Shown piece after piece: positions 1-11,100 of a DNA stretch of 23,498 nucleotides. Below the pieces are notes generated by a model that saw only the letters and a list, made by a program, of their open reading frames with translations, had not been told where the DNA came from and made no database searches. Positions within the stretch are counted from its first letter, which is position 1. Each line of letters starts with the position of its first letter. The stretch comes from Fidelibacterota bacterium. Its GTDB lineage: Bacteria > Fidelibacterota > Marinisomatia > Marinisomatales > JABMOV01. The translations under genes and the position numbers were made by a program. The stretch is taken from positions 1-23,498 of the forward strand of contig JBHHUC010000031.1 in the NCBI GenBank assembly GCA_046861395.1, in the 5' to 3' direction.

Positions 1-15
1 AAAGGTTCAGTGGAG

Positions 16-99
16 TGCCCGGAACAGGAGTTGAACCTGCACAGCCTCGCGGCCACATGAACCTGAATCATGCGTGTCTACCAATTCCACCATCCGGGC
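16..99 (-). tRNA. tRNA-Leu (anticodon CAG), class II with long variable arm
   Basis: The reverse complement folds into a cloverleaf: acceptor stem GCCCGGA/TCCGGGC, D-arm GTG-GAATTGGTAGA-CAC, anticodon arm CATGA-TTCAGGT-TCATG, variable arm GGCC-GCGA-GGCT, T-arm GCAGG-TTCAACT-CCTGT, discriminator A. CCA is not encoded directly after the discriminator. Confidence 0.97.
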
Positions 100-125
100 A
101 ATAACGATTAAAAAAAGAACCCCGA

Positions 126-155
126 ATTTTACACGGAACCTAGCCGGGACAACAA
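126..155 (-). promoter_or_regulatory. Putative sigma70-like promoter for tRNA-Leu
   Basis: On the - strand, TTGTTG-18 nt-TAAAAT lies about 26 nt upstream of the tRNA 5' end. Motif resemblance only. Confidence 0.3.
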
Positions 156-164
156 GGATTAACC

Positions 165-194
165 TTGGAAAATCGAATGGCGATTCCGTATTTT
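165..194 (+). promoter_or_regulatory. Putative promoter for the smpB operon
   Basis: TTGGAA-18 nt-TATTTT in the divergent intergenic gap, 17 nt upstream of the smpB ATG. Motif resemblance only. Confidence 0.25.
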
Positions 195-211
195 TCCCGT
201 CAATAATTGAT

Positions 212-664
212 ATGGATATACAACCTGTCGCAACAAACCGAAAAGCCTTCCATGAATTCCACATTCTGGAGAAAATTGAAGCCGGTATTGCATTGAGCGG
301 GAGTGAGGTGAAAAGTCTGCGGGAAGGGCGGGGAAACCTGAAGGAAGCCTATGCGGTAATCCGTGACGGCCAGGCTACGATCGTAGGTATGCATATCAGT
401 CCCTATTCCCACACTGGGTTTTCCGGACATGATCCCCGACGGGAAAGGCGATTATTACTCCATAAACGGGAAATCCTCAAGCTGGGACAAAAACTGGCGG
501 AAAAAGGATTAACTCTGATTCCACTACGGATATATTTCAAGGGGAGTTGGGCCAAGGTTGAATTGGGACTGGCCAAGGGGAAAAAGATCCATGATAAGAA
601 AGAAGCTATGAAGGAGCGCGATATCAAGCGGGAAACCAGCCGCGAGATGAGCAAATACAGATGA
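212..664 (+). CDS. smpB: SsrA-binding protein SmpB
   Basis: [43 protein letters not shown] and GLAKGKK motifs. Start placed at ATG 212 ([11 protein letters not shown]); the longer ORF from 74 overlaps the tRNA. Confidence 0.97.
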   Translation: MDIQPVATNRKAFHEFHILEKIEAGIALSGSEVKSLREGRGNLKEAYAVIRDGQATIVGMHISPYSHTGFSGHDPRRERRLLLHKREILKLGQKLAEKGLTLIPLRIYFKGSWAKVELGLAKGKKIHDKKEAMKERDIKRETSREMSKYR

Positions 665-1869
665 CATTTTTACCGGTAGATAATCAATTAAAAATCATAG
701 AACGGGGTACGGAAGAGATTCTACCTCTGGAGGAATTAAAAACCAAGCTGGAAGCCTCCCTGCGCCTCAACCGCCCGTTAAATGTCAAACTGGGTTGTGA
801 CCCCAGTCGGCCGGATTTACATATTGGCCATGCCGTTGTACTGAGAAAATTACGGCATTTTCAGGACCTGGGACACCAGGCAATACTGGTCATCGGTGAT
901 TTTACCGCCATGATCGGAGATCCTTCCGGACGAAACAAAACAAGACCTCAACTGACGCTGGAAGATACAAAAAGAAATGCCGAATCGTATGTTGAACAAG
1001 CTAAAGTTATACTTGATATTGATAAGTTGAAGATTGTATATAATAGTAGTTGGCTTAATAAAATGAATTTTTCTGATGTCATTTCTCTGGCCAGTAAGTA
1101 TACGGTTGCACGGATGCTGGAGCGGGATGATTTTACCAAACGCTATGCCGAACAGGTTCCCATTTCCATTCATGAATTCCTTTATCCTCTGGCGCAGGGG
1201 ATGGATTCTGTCGCACTTAAAGCAGATGTTGAACTGGGGGGGACGGATCAGAAATTCAATTTATTGGTGGGAAGAGATTTGCAACGGGAATCGGGTCAGG
1301 AGCCCCAGGTGATTATAACCCTACCCTTGCTGGAAGGAACGGACGGTTCGGATAAAATGTCCAAATCCTATGGCAATGACATCGCCCTTACAGAAACACC
1401 AGAAAACATGTATGGCCGTACATTATCGATTCCGGACGAGTTAATCCTGAAATATTTCCGGCTTGCTGTGGATTATGACGACGATCGTTGGAAGGAAGTG
1501 GAAAAATTGTTACAGGATCCTGCCACAAATCCCCGTGATGTAAAGCGTCGGCTGGCCCGGGAGCTGGTCGCCCTGTACTATGACCGTGATATGGCCCGCA
1601 AAGCGGAAGAGCATTTTGATACTGTATTTGTAAAAAAGGATGTACCGGATGATATGCCTGAAATCCGCCTGGAACAGGAAATGCCCTTATTAGATCTGTT
1701 GTTACAGGAAGGACTCATCGTCAGCAAGGGCGAAGGACGACGGTTATTGAAACAAAATGCCGTGAAGCTGAACGGTAAAACCTCTCAGGATCCGTTTCTG
1801 AAATTGACGACTGGACAAGAATATGTCATTAAGGTCGGTAAACGTCGTTTTCTGAAGGTTCTGGCATGA
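661..1869 (+). CDS. tyrS: Tyrosine--tRNA ligase (type 2 subfamily, C-terminal S4-like domain)
   Basis: [42 protein letters not shown] and KMSKS motifs; C-terminal KVGKRRF. ATGA overlap with smpB. Confidence 0.98.
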   Translation: MTFLPVDNQLKIIERGTEEILPLEELKTKLEASLRLNRPLNVKLGCDPSRPDLHIGHAVVLRKLRHFQDLGHQAILVIGDFTAMIGDPSGRNKTRPQLTLEDTKRNAESYVEQAKVILDIDKLKIVYNSSWLNKMNFSDVISLASKYTVARMLERDDFTKRYAEQVPISIHEFLYPLAQGMDSVALKADVELGGTDQKFNLLVGRDLQRESGQEPQVIITLPLLEGTDGSDKMSKSYGNDIALTETPENMYGRTLSIPDELILKYFRLAVDYDDDRWKEVEKLLQDPATNPRDVKRRLARELVALYYDRDMARKAEEHFDTVFVKKDVPDDMPEIRLEQEMPLLDLLLQEGLIVSKGEGRRLLKQNAVKLNGKTSQDPFLKLTTGQEYVIKVGKRRFLKVLA

Positions 1870-3491
1870 AGAAATTCCTGATATTCTTCATAACACTATT
1901 TCTGGCAGGATGCCGACAGGATGCACCACCGCGGTTGGTTGTACTTATTTCAGTGGATCACTTATCCCATAAGGCATTTACGCATTACATGCCCCTGTTT
2001 ACCGGCGGATTTAAATGGCTCCGGGATCACGGTGTTTCCTTTACGGAAACTTATCATGAGCATGGCTATACCGCTACGGGGCCAGGGCATTTTGTGTTGG
2101 GTTCCGGTCGTTACCCCGGACCAGCTGGTGTGATCGGTAATTCCTGGTATGATCGTGAAAAAAAGGAAAAACATTATTGTGTCGGCGATGATCAGGCAAA
2201 ACCGTTAACCATTCCCAGTGATCCCCGATCCTACCGACTGGTCGCTGCCACGGCCATCGGTGACTGGCTGAAAGCCACCTATCCCGGAAGTAAAGTATAT
2301 TCCATTGCCGGTAAGGACCGGGCTTCGGTTTTCATGGGGGGTAAGCATCCCGATATGGCCCTGTGGTATAATTGGGCCGGTGGGTTTACCACGACCGATT
2401 ATTATACAGATCAGATTCCATCCTGGCTGGATGCCTTCAATCGGGATGTTAATATTTCTTCCTACCGCGATTCCTTATGGATCAAGTCCCTGTCCAATGA
2501 TCTTTATCTGACCTATGCCCGCGAAGACTTTTTCGATGGTGAAACCGATAATTATATGAATGCCATATATTCACCGGTTTTTCCCATTGGCTTTGATTCT
2601 ACTTACAATGATGATATGGTGCTCAATTACTTTGCCGGAACGCCCTGGCAGGAACGAAATACATTACAACTGGGAGAGACCATTATTCGGGAAGAACAAT
2701 TGGGGCAGGATGGGGAGCCGGATTTATTATGTATCGGACTTTCCGCCACCGATTGGATTACACATGATTACGGTCCCCGGTCTCAGGAAGGCATGGATAA
2801 CCTTATAAAAATTGATCGTTACCTCAGCCATTTCCTGATGACGGTGGATCAATTGGTCGGATTGGAAAATACGGTTATCGTCCTGACTGCCGATCACGGC
2901 GGACTGGAATTACCGGAATTCATTCGTCAGACCACCGGACAGCGGGCGGGACGAATTGACGGTCATGCCCGGGACAATGCCGTGAAAAGGGCCTACGATC
3001 GGATTGATGCGAAATTCGGTCATCATGATTTTATCGTATCCTACGGCCTGGGGTTTTATTTTGATGCCGACATGATGGAAAAGGAGAACATTGATCAGGA
3101 TTGGATCAGTACCGTCATTCGCGAAGAGCTGGTCCAGGTCGATGGAATTGAATACGTCCTCAACCGGGAGGATATATTGAATTCCACGGAAAAGGATACC
3201 TTACTGACGCGTATGAAGCATTTCACCCATCCCGTCAAGAGTCCCGATCTCTGGATTGTCCAGGAAAAACACTGGGTGTACCGCAATCCTTACGGCACCA
3301 GTCACGGCACGCCCTATGATTATGATGCTCACGTTCCCTTCCTCATCTGCCAGCCGGGATTTGAACCGCGAAATATTTCCGCTCATGTCCCGTCTGTGGA
3401 TATTGCGGTCACCATTGCCGATATCCTGGGTATAACTCCTGACCCAAAGGTGGATGGTATCAGCCGTAAATCTTCTCTTCAGAGTCCTTGA
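1866..3491 (+). CDS. Alkaline phosphatase superfamily lipoprotein (PafA/NPP-type, Thr nucleophile)
   Basis: Lipobox LAGC; ISVD, TATGPGH (Thr nucleophile), [23 protein letters not shown] and HGTPYDYD motifs typical of PafA-like enzymes. Confidence 0.88.
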   Translation: MKKFLIFFITLFLAGCRQDAPPRLVVLISVDHLSHKAFTHYMPLFTGGFKWLRDHGVSFTETYHEHGYTATGPGHFVLGSGRYPGPAGVIGNSWYDREKKEKHYCVGDDQAKPLTIPSDPRSYRLVAATAIGDWLKATYPGSKVYSIAGKDRASVFMGGKHPDMALWYNWAGGFTTTDYYTDQIPSWLDAFNRDVNISSYRDSLWIKSLSNDLYLTYAREDFFDGETDNYMNAIYSPVFPIGFDSTYNDDMVLNYFAGTPWQERNTLQLGETIIREEQLGQDGEPDLLCIGLSATDWITHDYGPRSQEGMDNLIKIDRYLSHFLMTVDQLVGLENTVIVLTADHGGLELPEFIRQTTGQRAGRIDGHARDNAVKRAYDRIDAKFGHHDFIVSYGLGFYFDADMMEKENIDQDWISTVIREELVQVDGIEYVLNREDILNSTEKDTLLTRMKHFTHPVKSPDLWIVQEKHWVYRNPYGTSHGTPYDYDAHVPFLICQPGFEPRNISAHVPSVDIAVTIADILGITPDPKVDGISRKSSLQSP

Positions 3492-4378
3492 TGCTGCATA
3501 TCGCTGCTGTTGCGAAGTATTTCAATACTCTCACTGCTGTGGATGGAGTGGATTTCACTGTGAGCGAAGGCGCAATCTATGGATTCCTGGGACCGAACGG
3601 AGCGGGTAAAACCACCACCATTCGGATGATCATGGGCATTATTGAACCGGACAGCGGCTCCATTACTTTCAAAGATAAACCGATCCGGTCCTTACCAGTA
3701 AATACGTTCGGATACTTACCGGAAGAGAGGGGACTGTACCAGAAACAAAAACTCCTGGACACTATCGTCTATTTCGGCACTCTAAAGGGATTGTCCGAAT
3801 CCGAGGCGCGGAAGAAAGCCATCGACTGGATTGATCGTTTTGACCTTACGTTGTACAGCGACAAGAAAACAGAAGAATTATCCAAGGGTAATCAACAAAA
3901 AGTCCAGTTCATCATTACCTTGTTGCATGATCCGCAACTGGTTGTCCTGGATGAACCCTTCACGGGACTGGATCCGGTAAACCAATTATTGCTGAAAGAA
4001 ATCATTCAGGAGAAACAGCAGGGAGGGACGACCTTTTTATTTTCCACCCATCAGATGGAACAGGTTGAACGGCTTTGTACCAACATTTGTCTGATCAATA
4101 AAGGGAAAATGTTATTGGAAGGAGCCCTGGATACGATCCGGAATGATTTTCATAATAACCAGGTTGTCGTGGAATACGAAGGACAACTGGACCAAAAAGG
4201 GCTGGATACCTATCTGGAAAATCCCACGATTGACGAACGTAAACTGTCGGGAATCATGCGGGCCGATTCTCAACCCTTCATCGCCTGGTTGAACGACCAG
4301 GTTACAATTAAAGATTATTCTCTTCGTCCGCCCACGCTGGAAGAAATATTTATCGCCACCGTAAAGGCTCAGTCATGA
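3491..4378 (+). CDS. ABC-2 type transporter ATP-binding protein (YhaQ/NatA-like)
   Basis: Walker A GPNGAGKTT, GYLPEERGLY, signature LSKGNQQK, Walker B LDEPFTGLDP, STH switch. Start at ATG 3491 through a TGATG overlap (TTG 3488 is an alternative). Confidence 0.93.
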   Translation: MLHIAAVAKYFNTLTAVDGVDFTVSEGAIYGFLGPNGAGKTTTIRMIMGIIEPDSGSITFKDKPIRSLPVNTFGYLPEERGLYQKQKLLDTIVYFGTLKGLSESEARKKAIDWIDRFDLTLYSDKKTEELSKGNQQKVQFIITLLHDPQLVVLDEPFTGLDPVNQLLLKEIIQEKQQGGTTFLFSTHQMEQVERLCTNICLINKGKMLLEGALDTIRNDFHNNQVVVEYEGQLDQKGLDTYLENPTIDERKLSGIMRADSQPFIAWLNDQVTIKDYSLRPPTLEEIFIATVKAQS

Positions 4379-5598
4379 ACCAGGTCCTGAAAATCATCAA
4401 GTGGGAATTCATGACCCGGGTGAAATCCAAAGTTTTTATTATTACCATGGTCTTATTCCCTCTGATTATCATTGCCATGAGCGTGGTCCCTAGTCTTCTC
4501 ATCAATCGTGATACGGAAGAAGTCTTCATCATCGGCTTGGTGGATGAATCATCGGGTATGGGTGATGAATTTATCGATCATGTAAATTGGGAACACCAGA
4601 CTGCCGACGGACAATCCCAATATGTGGTGCAACCCTTTTCGCTTCTGGACAGTGCCAAGGTAGCCCTATTGCGTAAAGATATTCATGCCGTAGTAGTATT
4701 ACCTGATTCCGTGGTTGAAGGGGAAACACCGGAATTTTTGGCCTTATCACTGGGAAACTTCAAAATTCAGCAGGATATGCGTCAATCCCTGTACAATACT
4801 GTCATGCGGGAGCGATTCAACCGCGAATCAATCGATCCGACTCTGGTTCAAAAATTGACGGAACGGGTGCACTTTAAGGCGTATGAAGTCAATGAATCCG
4901 GGGAAACATCTGCCGGTAATGAATTGGTTAGTTTCATGATTCCCTTTGCCAGTATGTTTATTCTGTTCATGTCCATTTTCGTGAACGGGCAACTCTTGCT
5001 ACGCAGTGTCATGGAAGAACGAACCAGCCGGGTGGTGGAAGTCCTGTTATCATCCGCTTCACCGATGCAGATCATGACCGGTAAAATATTAGGTCTGGGT
5101 TTACTGGGTCTTGTACAATTGGGGACATATGTTATTGTTGGATATAGTGTTTTGAGTTACCAAGGATTGGGACAGTCCCTGGGATTCTCCACCGGAGGAT
5201 TTCTTTTTGTGTATTTTTTACTGGGATATTTTTTCTATGCCGCTGTTTTTGCCACGATGGGAACCTTGTTCAATTCGGAACAGGAGGCACAGCAATCAAC
5301 CAGCATAATATCCATAGTAGCCGTTCTTCCTATGATGTTATCCAGTTTTTTTATTACCAATCCCAGTGCCACGGCTACAAAAATAATTTCTTTCATTCCC
5401 ATCTTTACACCCTTCATGATACCCTTGCGGGTCGGTACCGGTTTCATTGAAACCTGGGAAATTGTTTTCAGTGCGCTGATTCTCCTCATTTCAGTGTTTT
5501 TTATGTTTCGTGCGGCCGGGAAAATATTCCGGACCACCCTTCTGATGTACGGGAAACGCATTACATTACCGGAAATCTGGCGCTGGGTCCGGACCTGA
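4375..5598 (+). CDS. ABC-2 type transporter permease (YhaP/NatB-like)
   Basis: N-terminal TM helix, large extracytoplasmic loop, then about 5 TM helices; SVMEERTSRVVEVLLSS...GKILG motif and C-terminal LMYGKR. ATGA overlap with the ATPase gene. Confidence 0.9.
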   Translation: MNQVLKIIKWEFMTRVKSKVFIITMVLFPLIIIAMSVVPSLLINRDTEEVFIIGLVDESSGMGDEFIDHVNWEHQTADGQSQYVVQPFSLLDSAKVALLRKDIHAVVVLPDSVVEGETPEFLALSLGNFKIQQDMRQSLYNTVMRERFNRESIDPTLVQKLTERVHFKAYEVNESGETSAGNELVSFMIPFASMFILFMSIFVNGQLLLRSVMEERTSRVVEVLLSSASPMQIMTGKILGLGLLGLVQLGTYVIVGYSVLSYQGLGQSLGFSTGGFLFVYFLLGYFFYAAVFATMGTLFNSEQEAQQSTSIISIVAVLPMMLSSFFITNPSATATKIISFIPIFTPFMIPLRVGTGFIETWEIVFSALILLISVFFMFRAAGKIFRTTLLMYGKRITLPEIWRWVRT

Positions 5599-5622
5599 TC
5601 TAACCTTTAACGAAATGAAATT

Positions 5623-7445
<1,823 letters not shown>

Positions 7446-7449
<4 letters not shown>

Positions 7450-8045
7450 ATCTTACTCTCCCTGAAATATTTTCTGCCGCAATCCTTCTCCTGCTGGTCA
7501 TGGATCCGCTGGGTAATATCCCAATTTTCCTTTCCGTCCTCAAGAATGTGGATCCTGCGCGCCGGCAGCGAATCATTCTGCGGGAAGTCTTCTTTGCATT
7601 GCTGGTTCTCATTATCTTTCTTTTCTTCGGTCAGGATTTGCTCGCGTTTCTCCATCTGCAACAGGAAACCGTAAGCATTTCCGGTGGCATTGTCCTATTC
7701 ATCATTGGCATCCGGATGGTTTTTCCTTCCCGTCACAATGCCTTGATGGGGGCAACTCCGGATGAAGAACCGTTCATTGTTCCCCTTGCCATACCACTTA
7801 TTGCCGGACCTTCCACTATTGCAACCCTCATATTGATGGTACATACAGAACCGGAGAGTCTCCTGAGTTGGTTTCTAGCTCTGCTTGTGGCGTGGGTGAT
7901 TTCGGCTGTTATTCTGTTATTGGCACCACTGTTTTTCAAAGTTTTGCGAAATCGGGGACTGGCTGCCATTGAACGTTTGATGGGGATGCTCCTTATTATG
8001 ATTTCGGTGCAGATGTTTATTGATGGCCTGAAAGTCGTACTATAA
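7446..8045 (+). CDS. MarC family integral membrane protein (YhgN-like)
   Basis: MDPLGNIPIF, ISGGIVLF, PLAIPLIAGP and ERLMGMLL motifs; six hydrophobic segments. Confidence 0.93.
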
Positions 8046-8105
8046 TTAACCGCAATTTGCCTGTTCCCATCGTTATCATTTAGCGATAGTTTATTCCCGC
8101 TTATA

Positions 8106-11100
8106 ATGGTGAATCGAACAAAAATCCTGTTTCTGATGATGTTCACCACCGGGCTATGGGGTGACATCCGTTACGAATCGGGCAGCCTGCGCGAATTTAT
8201 CGGGGGAAATTCTCCGGGTACGGCCTATGAGAATTATATCTCCCATGTGGTGGAGGGAATCATTGATACAGGATATAATGATTACGGTCCGGACTGGCTG
8301 GACGTCCAGACCAACGGGTTTGGTCATTATCGCCAGATTCCCGTTAATTCACCAACACTGACCTATTGGAGTAATATATTTACTCATGTTCTGACCGGTG
8401 ACACAACCGCGGCTGATCAATTGCTGACTGACTCCCTTACGTCCTTCAATTATGAGCTGGTCTTGTTTTCGGATACGACCAATAACCGGGACTACCTCAT
8501 GGTTCGTGAAGGTTTGGATTATTCCTACAATGATGAAAACCTTCCCGAGATTCCCGAGGATAATGTGGCGGGAAGTTTTCGAAACGGCTGGGGGCTGTAT
8601 ATCTACTGTCCCACTGCATCCCGACCGCAGCTCATGTATGAGGTGCCCCATCCCTGCGATGACTTCATTGCCCCTTATCTGGCCGTGGAAGCATTTCTTC
8701 AGACTGATGCCCGCGCCCTGTGCATCGCCGGGGCCGGACGGGAAGTGGCCTGGACAGGGGAGGGGAATTATAACAACAATAAATCATTGTCAGACCCTTC
8801 CCGGAATGCCAATACTGTTTTTCAGCAATTCCATATATTACTGGCTGAAGCGCTGGCCGTGGAAAACATGCATTCGCCTGTTATTTTTCAGTTTCACAGC
8901 TTTGATAATGAAGCGCACGAAGGATTGAATTCGGTTATACTCTCGGCCGGTTCAGGGTATAATGTTGCCAATAAACCGATTCGTGATTTATCGGTCGATC
9001 ATCGGGATATAGTTAATTTTACCAATGAAATTACAATCATGCCCGGTACTTACGGATCCCATGGTATGGTTCGCGTCGATCAGTACTATGAAGTAAATTA
9101 CGACGGAGAATTTTTCTATTCGGGGGAATATGGTACCTATTTCATCAAGAAAGCCACCGGATTGACTGGAGCCGGGGGAAATGTTCAGATAAACCATACT
9201 CATGGTCTTTATCCGGACCGCGACGTATTTGAGCGATTTATTCATGTCGAATTCGATGAGAAACCTGAACTGTTCGAGGATTTGGGCTGGTCCCTGGACA
9301 CCCTCTACGCCGGCGATTACCCTACGTCCTACCATAATTTTTCCACCCTGTTATCCTATTATCAGCCCTTCCTAATGGCGATCAATGACTACTTTATCGA
9401 TTGGGAAAATCTGGTGGATCAGGAATCGCCGGCCGGTATAGATTTGTTTTATCCGGCATCCATAACCCCGGGACAGATTACTTTTCGCTGGCAGCCGTCA
9501 GACGATACAAATTTTCTCACATATCGAATCTTTTATGGAGTGGATTCAGTTACATTATCATCGCCCTTTTTCGCCCGCGATGATTTTCCGCTGCTCATGG
9601 ATATGCGCCAGAATGTAATAACCGTACCGCGATATCTGTTTCCAGATACGGCCCAAGTGGCCATCGGTGCCATTGATTATTTCGGGAACCTTTCACCGTT
9701 ATCTCCGGCTGTTCCCAATTTCTTTCCGGGCCATTCGCCACCCGTCTCAATTATTACCTTTGATTCTACCCTGGTTCTGGATTCTTATCCCGGTGAAGAT
9801 ATGGATACGCAGGACTGGGCAGTTGTTTCCATCGACGACTACAGCGGATTACAATTATCGGGAAATACCTGGAAAACCGCCGCCGTGACACCGGCTGTCC
9901 TGGATTCAGAATCTGTCTGGACGATTACTGTTCGAGTGGATTCTGTGGGTGAAATTCAGGGATTCGGATTAATGGATTCCCTCCATTTTCTCCCGTATTC
10001 CCTTTTCGGGTCGGAGCAGGTGGATGCCGATGTATGGAAAACGGCCTATCAGGGCTATTATCCCATCGGACAATGGTTGACCATCCCTCTCCCAGTGGGA
10101 CGGGATTGGTTAGCCCTGTTTGATTATTTGCCGGATATCAACCGCCTTGCGTTCATCAATGATGCGGATACGTCACCACCGGGCACTATCATCTTCAGCC
10201 AGGTCATGGATTTGACTCCCGATCAAAATATTCCCCCGCAAATCACTCTCCATTATACGATCGGTCGCCAACGGATGATCGGCAATAATCGCACCGTGTC
10301 CGTTTCTTTTTGGGTCGACATTACGGATCCGGATAGTTTCGTTTTTGATTACCACTGGGACTTCGGTGACGGGACAGACAGTAATGAAGCGAATCCGGAA
10401 CATACGTTTACTATTACGGATGATCATGCCTATCGGGTCCTGGCTACGGTGACGGACCAGCAGGGAGCCGTTGCGCGATCTGCGGTGACGATTGCAGTGG
10501 ATGCCGGGAACAGCAGTCTGCCGTTGGCAATAAATTTTGTGGGAGATATCATGCTGGCCCGGGGTTTGGAGGAAGAGGGGGGCATCATTCCAACTTACGG
10601 AGTCAGTGCCTTATTCGGTCCGACACAGGAATTGCTGGGAAATGCCGCTGATATTTCGGTAGCCAATCTGGAATGCGCCCTGACCAGGGAAGGGGATCCT
10701 CATCCTACCAAACCCATTATTTTCAAGGGCAACCCGGAGAACGCCAGCGGATTGGCATTTGCCGGAATTGATGTGGTTTCTCTAGCCAATAATCATTCCC
10801 TGGACTATGGACTCATCGGATTGCATGATACGCAGTCAGCGCTGGATGAGTTTGGCATTCTTTATTCCGGTGCCGGAGAGAATGCACCGCAGGCTTCGGA
10901 ACCGTTAATCGTAATCGAAAAAGGGCTGGCGGTGGCTTTCCTGGCATTCAGTGATAGAACGGGCCAGTATAATAATTATCAACCTTACCTGCAGGCTGGT
11001 TGGGATAAACCGGGATTTGCTTATATGACGCCGTACAACATCAGGACAGGAATTGCGAAAATCCGCAACGTAGTGGATCTTGTCGTGATGGAATTTCATG

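Noticed and set aside
1..30. tRNA 3' end as a possible integration (att) site
   Set aside because: Any island would lie beyond the left edge. I saw no integrase and no duplicate of the tRNA 3' end in the window.
7..264. 85-aa minus-strand ORF, and the 74-211 N-terminal extension of smpB
   Set aside because: Both overlap the tRNA-Leu gene and the divergent promoter gap; SmpB homology starts at Met 212.
8452..8928. 158-aa alternate-frame ORF, plus other shadow ORFs (7733-8167, 12090-12518, 8988-9335, etc.)
   Set aside because: They lie mostly or wholly within well-supported genes and show no recognisable motifs or protein-like composition.
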